Source of the DNA: Eledone cirrhosa
Taxonomy: Eukaryota
Reading direction: 5' to 3'
DNA: 64,000 nucleotides
Assembly: GCA_964016885.1 (NCBI GenBank)
Contig: OZ024744.1
Location: forward strand, 40,734,001-40,798,000
The position numbers were made by a program, and so were the translations under genes. Positions within the stretch are counted from its first letter, which is position 1; each line of letters opens with the position of its first letter. Positions 13,129 through 25,099 of the stretch are shown here, piece by piece. The notes under the pieces were generated by a model. That model saw only the letters and a program-made list of their open reading frames with translations, was not told where the DNA came from and ran no database searches.

Positions 13129-13385
13129 TCTTTTTCATTTCCTCTCACTCACTTTCTATCTTTCTCTGGAAGAAATCTGCTGTACTCAGGTCTGGAGAGG
13201 AGATGGGCTCCACCAGGCTTTAAATGGCCAAGAAATGCTGTATGTTAATACAGCACCTACAACTCCTGCAGGAGGTACAGGACCATACATAAATATATAA
13301 TCACCAACAGATAAAATAGTTCCACAGTTAACATGTCTTGAAAAACATCAGGCATGACGGCATACCAGTCATTACCCCGAAACAA

Positions 13386-13880
13386 TGTCATCATCATCAT
13401 CATCATCCTCATCATGATAGTTGTCATCATCATACTCATCATCATCATCATCCTCATCATGATAGTTGTCATCATCATACTCATCATCATCATCATCATA
13501 TTCATCATCATCATCATCATTATCATCATCGTCATCATCGTCATCATCATCATCAACATGATCACCATCATGAACGTCATCACCACTGTCATCATCCTCA
13601 TCACTATTCGACTTCAGTAGCAAATGGCCTCAATCCTCTTCTACCTAATACAGCTTTCATAATCAGTTGTGGTCTCGTAGTTGGGTAATTAGCCCTGTAT
13701 CATCATCATCATCATCATCATCATTGTTAAACTACAGTAACTGACAACCACAACCTTCCACCACAGCTCTCATAATTAGTTGTGTTTCTGTAGTAATTAG
13801 CCCTGTATCATCATCATCATCATCATCAGCAGCAACAGTATCTTCTTCACCACCATCACCATCATCATCATAATCATGAA
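13386..13880. repeat. (CAT)n-rich compound repeat
   Basis: Imperfect ATC trinucleotide arrays with local duplications. Confidence 0.9.
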
Positions 13881-15831
13881 CATTGTTGAAATGCTGTAAC
13901 TGACAGCCATAAACCACCTCCTCTGCCATTTGTAGCTTATAATCAGAGGTGGCTCATATTCAAATGATTAGCTCTGGCCATCAATGAGATTTGAATCTCT
14001 AGGTGGAATTTGAACTTAGAACACATAGTACCAAAACAGATTCTGCTGGATATTTCATCCTTTGTTCTTAGAATTCTGCCAATCCACTACCAGCAACTGA
14101 TACTGTATCTTTTGACACTGAAAAGATAAAAGGCAAAGTTGAAATAAATCAAAGAACCAAAATGAATACCACAAAATATTCTATCTGATACCATAAAGAC
14201 TCAGCCATGTAACCCTTTCATTTCTTTTCAGGAAGGGCATCCAGCCATAGAAACCAAGCCAAAATCAGTTCTGTATGAGCAAATCACAGTCTCCCAACAT
14301 GATCACTCACAAAGGGACAGCCTGTCCTGCACATGCAAGTGTGGAAGATGGACATTAAATGATGATGATGATGATGATGATGATGACTCATCCTGTAAAA
14401 AGGAAATGTACTGTAGCATGTTTTTATATCAAAGAAGGTAATTTCTAATTGTTATTTCTACTTTAGTCACAAGGCCAGCAATTTAAGGGGATGTGAAAGT
14501 TGATTAAGTCAACCTCAATAATTAACAGGCATTTTATTTTATCAACCTTAAAAGCAAAGTTGACCCTGTCAGGATTAGAACTCAGAATGTAACAGGTTTT
14601 AACTGTACACCACAAAGCATTTCATCCAATGCTCTACTGATGCTGCCAATCCTGGTAATTTTTAATATTACTTAGTATATGACTGTTATTATCACTTTTA
14701 ATATTTCTAATTCTGTTGATGATAGAGGTAATCATAAAGGCTCAGCTCTACTATTTGTATCTCATTAACTTTTCCCAATTACCACCAGTGTAGTTTCTAC
14801 AAAACCAGATTTACCAAATGCTTTCTATCCTATGTCATGCAGCATTGACCTTTTTTTTTTACCTTTACAAAATCTTCAGTTTTAGTTAATTTTTTGTCTC
14901 TTTGATTGTCTATAGTTGATCTAAGAATATTCTGAAACATGTCACCCCATTTATTAGCACCACCCTTTGCGAATCATCTACGTCTGAAGCTTTCTGGCAG
15001 ATCATTCTCTTGTAGTATGTTTTGATGAAGTTCACTCCAGCTATTTCATTATCAACTTGGACATATCTTAGGATTTCGTTATATTTCTAACACTCTTTGC
15101 TTTACTTTTTCTTTAATATTAAATTTGCTGTCATTGTCTATCTTGTACACTCTTATGCCTAGGATTTATCATTTACCATTTTCTCATCTTCCATCCACTT
15201 GCAGCTTCAACTCCTTCCACAACATGTGCATTCTCTACAATAGAAACCTTATAAAACATCCCACAATAATGGAGTGGGGAGGGGGTGGAACTGACAATTT
15301 CTTCTGATTTAGCAATGAGTAACTACAAACTAATACCAAAGAAAATGTATCCACAACAATACATACTACAGAAAAATATATGGCTAAAAACCATTCTGCT
15401 TATACAAGATGGTAGGTTTTTACCAGTTTAACTGGCAAATGCATATAATTCTATTACTAACATTTTTCCTACCCAGCCATTCTCAATCCACAGCAGGATG
15501 AAGCATCAACATTTATATTGGTTTTTATTATATTACCTGTCCATGCTGGCCATGTGTGGGTTAAACAGAGTGCAGAATTTGAACTAAGAATAGTTAAAGC
15601 CCATACAGACACTGCAAAGCATCTCATCCTATGCTCAAGCTATTCCACCAATCCACCATATTGAATTAGTACATTATTTATTAATCCTGAAAAGATCAAG
15701 TTGACCCTACCCTGATTAGCTCTCAAAATGTAATGAGTCAGAACAAGTAAAAACTATATAATCCAATACCCCGAGTTTGCATAATGAAATGGCTCTCTAT
15801 CCATCACTAATTCTGTGTCATTAATCCAGTC

Positions 15832-16015
15832 AGTGGATCGGCAGTATCAGTACAGGGTCGGATGCCATGCTTTGCAGCATTTAGTTACGCCCCTTTATGG
15901 TCTGAGTTCAAACCTGGCCATGGTTAACTTTGCCTTTCATCCTTACGAGGTCGATAAAATAAAATATCAGTAATGCACTGGGTTATTGCTGGCCTTGTGC
16001 CAAAAGTAGAAAGAA
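15832..16015 (+). mobile_element. SINE family B
   Basis: GGCAGTATC..CTGAGTTCAAA..TTTGCCTTTCATCCTTACGAGGTCGATAAAATAAA..GCTGGCCTTGTGCCAAAAGTAGAAA. Confidence 0.8.
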
Positions 16016-16689
16016 TTAATCTGTATTTCTTTGCCTTTTTGTTGAATTACTAACTAGCTCTACATTGGAATATTTCACACATATTTCACATATATCTGTG
16101 ACAAACCATACAAACATGTAGACACTTACAAACATATATCAATTATAGTCACTGCATATGTAAAGAAATGTTTCTTGTACTCCATCACCTAATCACAGAC
16201 ATGACATAACCCCCACCCCCCTAAAAACACCTTGGTCGTTACTGGCCACGGGCTTGCACCTAGAAGCTTCATCTCAAAATCAAAAGCTTTGGCAAGGTGT
16301 TTTGTGGATAACCAGCAGTCATATATATGCCAGTCTCCCCTTTCCATGTCACCAATGTTGTCCAAGAGAAAGACATAAGCCAATACAGCTTGGCACCAGT
16401 CTAATTGCAACACATTTTTTCCAGCTATGTGGACTGGTGTAGTGTGAAATAAAGTGCCTTACCCAAGGACACAATGCATCATCTGGCCTGGGAATTTGAC
16501 TTATGTCCTTATGATCATGACCTGAACACGCTAACTACTAGAGGCTATATGCCTTCAGTCTTGAACAACATACAGTTAAAATCTACAAACTTACTACAAA
16601 TTCTAGGTAATCAAAATCACCAAAATAATACACATAAAAAAATACATCAGTAAAGACTGGGTTTCAACTTCAAGCCAGAACAAACTTTA

Positions 16690-16880
16690 GCCCACAACAG
16701 ATATTTTCTTGTTACAAAATTTAACCTTGATATCCCATTTAGTAAGAAATTCCAGGCACTTATAGACAAACATTTTCCAGTAAATCAAAGATATAGGAAG
16801 GTATTCAATAGAGGCTGTGTGAAAATTAGCTACTGCTGCACTTCCAATACAAAGAGTCATGTAACCAACATACCAGTCAG
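16690..16880 (+). mobile_element. Penelope-like element ORF remnant
   Basis: Plus frame KKFQALIDKHFPVNQRYRKVFNRGCVKISYCCTSN resembles FFRIINKHFPDLHRYSKILNTKSIRLSYST in ORF 42357..43217. Confidence 0.65.
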
Positions 16881-17094
16881 ATATAGATGTTCTTGTATGT
16901 TTAGTTAACATAAACATATCTTATAATGCTTGCATATACAGCCCTATTATAAACCATGCTATTAATATGATAGAGCTACTACTAATTAATTCTAGCCAGT
17001 CAAGTTCACTCTATATGCAAATGAAGATCTCCAGCCAATGTTTCATACACAAAGCCATGCTTTAGCCTATTTTTATCTCAGTAACAAGAGATTA

Positions 17095-17141
17095 AAAGTC
17101 ACTGATGAAGAATAAAAATCTAGAAACAGCAGTCTGGAATT
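17095..17141 (+). ncRNA. Degenerate minimal type I hammerhead ribozyme
   Basis: CTGATGA-AGA ataaaaa TCT-A-GAAAC agca GTC; stem I imperfect; downstream of a Penelope remnant. Confidence 0.5.
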
Positions 17142-17274
17142 TCCACCATCTACTGAGATAGCTGTGACATGATCTCAGCTCTAGAAATTCATAGAAAGGC
17201 CCTTGTATGTATATAATACATAAAAATATTTTATAGTTTTTCATATACACCCTTATTATATATGTATATATATA

Positions 17275-19740
17275 TCATCATCATCATCATCATCATCATA
17301 TCATCATTGTTTAACGTCCGTCTTCCACACTAGCATGCATTAGACGGTTTTGTTCCATTTGATGTGGGATTGGTCGGGAGACCGTGTCTCGCTTGTACAG
17401 AAGTGTCTCTGGCAGGTTTTCAATGGCTGGATGCTCTTCCTAACACCAATCACATTTACAGTGTGGACTGGGTCCTTTTTGTTGTGTCACCGACACAGTG
17501 GATGGGGTAGGATGTGTGGGGTGGGGTGTATATTGGGTTAAGAGGTGCCTACTGACTGTAGGTTTGTATGCAATGGCAGTCGAGTCTTCTGTACAACTGC
17601 ATAGCGCCAAAGATCTTGATCCAGTGACATTGTATTAGAGAGGTGTAAGTGAGCAAGGTCAGTTTTTATCACCTCGTCCCAGGTTTTTCTTGGTCTACCC
17701 ACTCCGTAGCTTCCAACAATTTTTATTGCTCTGCACATTTTTATACAGTTGTCGTCCTTCATACACATCACATGACCATACCAACAGAACACAACATTTG
17801 ATACCTCTTATGCTTAGTCTCGCTCTCTCTTTCAATTCGTTTATGCTTTGCCATTCATGTACATTACTATTACACATCCACCGGAGCATGAAGCTTCATA
17901 TCTTTCTAATCTATGGAAGACTTCAGCACACAATGCCCAGGTCTTACTACTATGTAATATCATCATTCAAGCATCATACATTCTGCCTTTCACTTTTAGA
18001 GAAAAACCCCTTGTGGCCAACAGTGGTATTAGCTCTCTGAACTTTTTTCATCCCGTTCTAACTCTGGCTACTGTACTTTCAGAACACCTTCCTCACCCAG
18101 GTAATGGAAAGTGTCTACTATTTCTATAGAACCATCTGAGCAATAGAAGGAGCTAGCATCCAGTGGGTCTTTTACCTGGCACAAATCCAAACTGCATTTC
18201 ATCTAGATCAATTCGGTCTCTAATCAGTTGAGTAATAACTCTTTCTGTGACTTTCATGACCTAGTCATCAACTAACTTAATGCCTCTATAATTTCCTCTA
18301 TCCAGGGTGTCTCCTTTGCCCTTGTAGCAGTTGATGATGATGATGCTACGCCAATCATTTAGTATGACTCTATTCTGTATTACTTGGTTTACTATCCGGG
18401 TGACCATAATATGTCCCACCATCCCAGATGTCTTAAACATTACAGCAACTATCCCAGATAGCCCAGTTGCCTTGCCTGTCTTCATATTTTTGATTGCCTT
18501 ACTTACTACACTACCATTAACTTGCATAGCTGGTCCTTCTATTGGATCGATGTGGGGCAGACTATCTTTATTCCATTCATACTCCACATTCAGTAGTGTC
18601 TCGTAGTGACACTTCCAAGCTACCTCATTATCTATATTAGTGAGGGCAAGTACACCATCATCATTACAGACACACGTCTCCCCAATATCACAGTTCTCCT
18701 TGACACATTGCCTCGCAATCCTGAATATCTCACGTCTTTGGTCCTCCCATTGTAGAATATGCTTGAACTTACTATCCTCTGCTTCCCTCTTTGCAAAGTA
18801 CACTTGTTGTCTAGCTTCTCTCCTAGCTACCCGATAGACTTCCCTACTACCCGTATCCTGCCATTCTTTCCAAGCCTTCTTTTTGCCCTTGATGGACTCC
18901 TCCACCTTACTGTTCCACCACCAAGTAACTCTCCTTCTGCCTATAGGTCTGCTCCAGCCACAGATTTCATCAGTCGCCTTCAACAGGTTAACTTTCAGGA
19001 ATTCCCACTGTTCCTCTATATTGTATGTCTCTAATTGCTCTTCCTTACTATCAAAAGCATCAAGTAATCATCATCATCATCCGCTTTTCCCTGCTTGCAA
19101 GGGTGGGATGGGAACTGATTCTGGCTTGATTTCTACAGCTGGATGCCCTTCCTAACACCAACCTCATTAACTGTGAGTGCTGGGTGCTTTTTGTTTTCCG
19201 TGGCCCATACACGTCCACTTTACAGTGTGGGTTGGGTGCTTTTTTGCCGTGGCACCTCCACGACCACTTTACAGTGGAATGATAGAGACCCCAGTCCTAT
19301 CATCTCATTTCTACAGCTGAGTAAACTGGAGCAATGTGAAATAAAGTATCTTGCTCAAGGAAACAACACATCACCCGATCTGAGAATTGAACTCACAACC
19401 TTTCGATTGCAAGGCCAATGCTCTAACAACTAAGCCATGTGCCTCCAACAAGTAATATGCCTTTAAATTTGTTACTGGCTGTGGGGTTCTTCAACTTCCA
19501 TAATCTTCTCTTTAAGGTATTCCTCTGCCGGCGAGTACGTCAGGCCCTGACTATTAGGTCACTAACTACTAAGTTATGTTGGGAGGTGCATTCTTCACGA
19601 GAGACGGACTTAGTCTTCAAAACAGACAATCCGTCTCGTTTTCTAGTAAGGATAAAATCTATCTGGCTATTGTGTTCCCCTGATCTATAAGTGATCAAGT
19701 GATTGTCACATTTTGTGAAGTTTGTTACAGATAGTCAGGT
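17275..19740 (-). mobile_element. RTE LINE (APE end, RT N-term, internal deletion, C-term, 3' UTR), interrupted by a SINE
   Basis: SQIDFILTRK (APE), ORF 18261..18983 TWWWN...NYRGIKLVD, jump at about 18160 to CSDGSIEIV, ORF 17538..17792 WYGHV..GRPRKTW, (ATG)n tail. Confidence 0.85.
19069..19448 (-). mobile_element. SINE family A with TSD CAAGTAAT
   Basis: Full copy; CAAGTAAT at 19061-19068 and 19449-19456. Confidence 0.9.
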
Positions 19741-20223
19741 TATTTGTATTACAGAATTCCAGGATCTTTTCTAGGGCTGGATACCCTCCCTAACACCAAC
19801 CACATTTACAGTGTGGACTGGAAGCCTTTTTACCATGTCTCCTACATGACCACTTTACAGTGTGGACTGGGTGCTTTTTGTTATATATATATATATCATC
19901 ATCATCATCATCACCATTTAACATCCATTTATCCACGCTAGCAAGCATGGTTATATATATAATTCAAATTTGTAGATATATGTATATATAGAGAGGGAGA
20001 AAGAACCATATATCTTATGAGAATTCACAGTATTTTGTACACACCTACAAAGCAGATAATATCTATGAATATGAATTATTGATGCTCTGGACAAATTTCA
20101 ATTGAGCTTTTCCATTGAGAAGCACAAATATACATAATTGATATGTTATGATATTTCTAAATTTGTATGTATATATATATACAATATATTAACAAATGGA
20201 AACTATATTCATAAAACCATATT

Positions 20224-20288
20224 TACTTCATTATACATATTTCAAGGACACCAATTTAAATTATGGTGCGCTTTCATCAGATAAAATA
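20224..20288 (-). ncRNA. Type I hammerhead ribozyme
   Basis: Minus: TATTTTAT-CTGATGA-AAGcGCACCA..TGGTGTcCTT-GAAA-TATGTA-TA-ATGAAGTA. Confidence 0.7.
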
Positions 20289-20458
20289 TAATATAGATAT
20301 GGGATTTCATCAGATAAAATATAATATAGACATGGGATTTCATGTGGTCTGTGCGGGTTTCTTCTGAAAAAAAAAAAGAAAACCAGACATCTAAAATATA
20401 TTTTCCGTGCTATTTCCAACTTCACCTTTTCTCTATATGTATATATATATATATGTAT

Positions 20459-20496
<38 letters not shown>

Positions 20497-20784
20497 ATAA
20501 ATGGAATAGAATGAAACAAAATTTCATTTCTCACTCTTAGTATGGCAGTTACTTAAATGTAAGTATGTATGTATACGTACATACATATATGTATACAGAC
20601 GTACAGTAGTATGTATATATATATACAAACATGCACACATATATACATGCACGTATCTGTTTACTGAACATTTATTATAACGGCCGACTAAACTCACTTG
20701 ATATGCAAATTAGGCTGCTCAGCCGTTAATATGCATAAGGAAGGTATATACTTTCAGACGTTCAACCATCTGGCAGGAAGGTAT

Positions 20785-20827
20785 ACGATGCTGACGATGG
20801 CTAATAAGCTTGAAACTAGTACATCGT
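20785..20827 (+). ncRNA. Minimal type I hammerhead ribozyme
   Basis: ACGATG-CTGACGA-tGGCT aata AGCTt-GAAA-CTAG-TA-CATCGT; palindromic stem III (ACTAGT), GUA cleavage triplet. Confidence 0.8.
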
Positions 20828-21059
20828 TCCTGTGTCAGTGTTGAACAAAAAGGTGACGTGGTTGCCTAAACACTGTACGGCGTAATTCGGGCTGTTTGTT
20901 TGTTTACAAACAAACCGAACGTTATAATAAATGTCCGGTAAACCGATACGTGCATGTATATATGTGCGCATGTATGTATATATATACATACTACTGTGAG
21001 TCTGTATACATATATGTATGTACGTATGCATACATACATGCTTATATAAACATATATAT

Positions 21060-21568
21060 ATTAACAACTACAACAGACATCACCCCCAATACTACAAACA
21101 ACAACCCCACAACATCAACACTAGGCATCCCAGAAAGAACCCACCCAGACGACATGAACCCATAACAGAACCCTTACACAATAACAACTACAACAGACAT
21201 CACCACATTAACTCTCATAAAAACAAACTACAGACCCAATCAAAACAGACAAACAGACTGCAATTACAACCAAAACAACATTCCTTTTTTAGGAACAAGA
21301 CTGAAACACCAGAACACCCGATGCCCCCCCCCCCCCCACACACACACACTCATGATAAACTGAAGATAATTAACCTTTCAAAGATATCACTAACTAACAC
21401 ACAAATTAACATATTCAGTAAGGGGCTGAAATTTACACCGACACCACAAAAATCTAACTTCCCTGAAATGAAAGATGACATCATGGAAGTCTTGCGGAAA
21501 CTCAGACTAATAGAATACTTCTCCAATGACACCAACACTGAAGATGAATCAATAGTCAGAAACGAAAT
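21060..21568 (+). mobile_element. Penelope-like ORF N-terminal fragment
   Basis: IINLSKISLTNTQINIFSKGLKFTPTP...LRKLRLIEYF is the typical PLE N-terminal motif (NLS..LT..E..L.KGL.F.PTP). Confidence 0.75.
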
Positions 21569-21588
21569 GCAACTTGGTGTTGTTTTGA

Positions 21589-22056
21589 AATATTAATTGT
21601 GAATAGAAATACCAATTCTTGCTCATCAGTGGGTGATGAATTAGTATCCTAGACACTTCTAAGTATATTAAGAAACTGAATAGTGTGCTATATATAATAA
21701 CGCAATTGGTATCTTAGCGTGTCTCACAAACTTACACCACTAACAATAGCAGACAGGTTTATTCGACATTTGAAATAGCTCAACAAATTAACGGAGCCGA
21801 ATATATCAAAGGCATATATTGAGTTATATATACCTTTGATATATTCGGCTCCATTAATTTGTTGAGCTATTTCAAATGTCGAATAAACCTGTCTGCTATT
21901 GTTAGTGGTGTAAGTTTGTGAGACATGCTAAGATACCAATTGCGTTATTATATATAGCACACTATTCAGTTTCTTAATATACTTAGAAGTGTCTAGGATA
22001 CTAATTCATCACCCACTGATGAGCAAGAATTGGTATTTCTATTCACAATTAATATT
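21589..22056. repeat. Near-perfect palindrome, 231-bp arms, 6-nt loop
   Basis: 21589-21819 is the reverse complement of 21826-22056 with few mismatches. Confidence 0.95.
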
Positions 22057-22085
22057 GTGAAACAACAAAAAGTTGTCTGGGTGAT
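22008..22085 (+). ncRNA. Type I hammerhead ribozyme
   Basis: ATCACCCA-CTGATGA-GCAA..TTGT-GAAA-CAAC aaaaa GTTG-TC-TGGGTGAT; GUC cleavage site at 22075-22077. Confidence 0.85.
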
Positions 22086-22370
22086 CACTAGTTACCACAA
22101 TTCCAGTTTGTATTTATTTTCTAAGTGTTTTCTTAAATTGAGACAGGCAAACCCTATTGTCTGTAGTTAGTATTCTTTTCACCTTAGCGAATCTGGTCCC
22201 TTACGATTTGAACACATATATCTATATATCTATGTTTGTTTTTCTTTTATATTCAATTATAATATACAGCTCGGAAATATCTCTTTCTTAGAGCTATTTT
22301 ATTGTAAGAGACTATTTTGAGTTGCTAACTCAATATATACCTTTGATATATATATATACATATATATATA

Positions 22371-22915
22371 AAAGAGAAAACACAGGTAAGCATTAAGAGA
22401 AGGATTTTATCCAGGTATTTACGACCGTTTCATTGGTAAGTGCAACCTTATATTGCTATACTGCAAATAGCAGCCACTCAATTATAATTGTTGTTCACAG
22501 TCCAAATTTTCAAAATAGTAAGTAAGTTACTCTTGAAATAATTCTTAATATATAGAGAAAAACATTTATTTGGAATTGTATTTACTAGTATAGAGAGAGG
22601 AATCAGAAGGTGAGGGGACAAACGGAATAGTATAGAGAGAGAAGGAGGGGGAAGAGTTAGGAAGTAGAGTGACAAACTGAGATGGAGGGAGTGGTAGAGG
22701 TGGAAGGATTCCTTAATCAGTTTTGATATGTAGACTTTGTCTTGGAATGTAGTGAGTTAAAGAGAATTAAATTGATCATAGTGGGGGAGGGGGATAGAGT
22801 GAGAGAGAGAGAGGGGGAGATATAAAGAGATAAATATATATATAAAAAATAAAGATAAAGATAACAATGACAAAAATAAAAGCAACAAAAAGCAATTTTC
22901 TGGTTCCCTAACTAT
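22371..22915 (-). mobile_element. Penelope pseudo-LTR fragment related to 39921-43910
   Basis: AAGAGAAAACACAGGTAAGCATTAA...CCAGGTATTTACGACCGTTTCATTGGTAAG matches 40076-40350. Confidence 0.8.
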
Positions 22916-23119
22916 ATATATATATATATATGAGATTTTACATATCTCTATATCCACTCTGCATCTGTTCATACATCAAGTACATCCATGATTAGTGGTC
23001 TCCCCAGTCTCAGACACAGACAGACACACACATACACACACACATACGCATGCACACACACACACATATTTGCAGTCGAAATGTGAAGAGCTCAACCGTC
23101 TGACCCCAATTCTCTAATA

Positions 23120-23294
23120 CAGGCATGTCAAACATGTGACCCTTTATAAGCACACCTGCAGCCCGCACAAAGGTTTTTACACCACGATCATGCTTTTTCT
23201 TCATAATATTAGTTGTAATGTGCGCAATTAGTTGTCGTGTGTGGCCCTCAGACAACACATATGGCCCTCGGGGACCCTCAGTTTGACATGCCCG
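23120..23294. mobile_element. hAT (Charlie-like) MITE
   Basis: TIRs CAGGCATGTCAAAC / GTTTGACATGCCCG; 8-bp TSD CTCTAATA / CTTTAATA. Confidence 0.85.
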
Positions 23295-23364
23295 CTTTAA
23301 TACATATATGTATATATCATCATCATCTTCATTTTTGTGTCTGATTTTTTCAAATGAGTTTATA

Positions 23365-24279
23365 CGAGGTGTGTCAGAAAAGTTCCAGGACTGATGTCAC
23401 AAAAGATTTATTTCAAACCCAAACTTCACACTAAGAGTTTTCCCCTTCAAAGTAATCCCCCTGGAGTATGCAACTGTAATCTTAGCTCTCTGCAGCGACC
23501 AAACTTTTTTCTTCATAATTTTATATACATGTCCTCTGTTTCAGGTCGTCACGCAATGACCATAGAGCAACGAACAAACTTGAAGTTTCTGGTACGGTTG
23601 GGGAAAACTCCGTCAGAAGCACTGGGATTGCTGCAGCAAGTGTATGGAGTTGAGACAATGTCACGCTCACGTGTTTTTGAGTGATGCAAGAGGTTTAAAG
23701 AAGGACGCGAGGATGTGGAAGATGACCCCAGGAGCGGAAGGCCCTCAACAACCAAGACTGAGGTCAACGTTGAGCGCGTCAGGCAGATAGTGCGTAATGA
23801 TCATCGTCTGACTGTTCGACTGATGGCAAATGAGCTGGGCATGAATTGGGACAGCGTCTGGAAGATTCTCACTGAAGATTTGGACATGCAGAAAGTTTGC
23901 GCGAAGATGGTACCAAAACTGCTGAATGATGACCAGAAGGGTCGACACATGCAAGTGTGCCAGGACATCCTCGAGTGTCTTGAAACTGAACCAGACTAGC
24001 TAGGGACAGTCATCACCGGTGATGAGTCATGGATCTTCGAGTACGACCCGGAGGGGACCCGTTTTGAAGACATGGACGACATCAAAAGGCCGTGACGACG
24101 GAACTGTGAAGGATCCCAGAAGAATCCTTCCAGGAGTGCATGCAAGCGTGGCAGAAAAGGATGGAAAAGTGCATTAGACTCCATGGGCATTACTTTGAAG
24201 GAGAAAAATTTAGTGTGAAGTTTGGGTTTGAAATAAATCTTTTGTGACATCAGTCCTGGAACTTTTCTGACACACCTCG
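23365..24279 (+). mobile_element. mariner transposon, internally deleted
   Basis: TA TSD; about 70-bp perfect TIRs CGAGGTGTGTCAGAAAAG...; transposase remnants EQRTNLKF..GKTPSEA, EDDPRSGRPST, VPKLL, ITGDESWIFEYDPE fused to GTRFED; in-frame stops. Confidence 0.95.
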
Positions 24280-25099
24280 TATGTATATATATATGTATGT
24301 GTGTTCATGTCTGTCTGTTTATATTCTATAACTTACCAGTTTGACAAAAAGGTCGATAAAATATTTATAAAACTTGAAAATATAGTCTGAAAAATGAAGC
24401 TCGCGATTTCATATGATTGAATAAATCCTTTTAAGGTAATGCCCCAGAATGGCCACCGTCTAATGACCAAAAAAAGTTAGAAATTTTAAACGAATAGAAT
24501 ACAGTTAAAGTAGTTCTTACATTTTGAAATTTATCTGATGGTGTTGCTAAGTTACACAGCTCCCATTTACTCTCACTTGTCACAACAATGTCTCTACAAT
24601 CACATATCTGATAATTTATATCATATAAATCTTCCTTAAAACTTTCCACGTGAGAAATAATATAATATATTTGAAGTTTCTCTTCCATTACAATTTATTA
24701 TGGTTATTTAACTAAACAGCCTGGTGAAATGGGGTGGAGTGGGAGGGGTGAGGTTGGAGGATTAGTTTTGTTTCTTTGCTTGTTGAAATATAAAAAAAAA
24801 AATTTTTTTTATTCATTTATATATTTCTTCAGTAACTTTGAACTTCTCACCATGAATAACAGAAGAAGAAAATAAGAGAGAAATGCAAAACAATAAGTAT
24901 TAAACACGAAAATGGCTTTTGAGAAAATTGTGGACCTAAAATAGCTATAAGATACACGAACATGACATTCTAAATAACGATTATTTTCCCTCGTCACTGT
25001 CTTGCTGTATTTCGTGTTTTACTACTTCCTCATTTTCATTTTGTTCTTTGTCATCTTGTTCATCTTTGTTCCCAATGTTATCTTCATTCTTATATTTAT

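Noticed and set aside
13257-13688. His-, Asp-, Met- and Ile-rich ORFs
   Set aside because: Translations of a (CAT)n microsatellite in several frames
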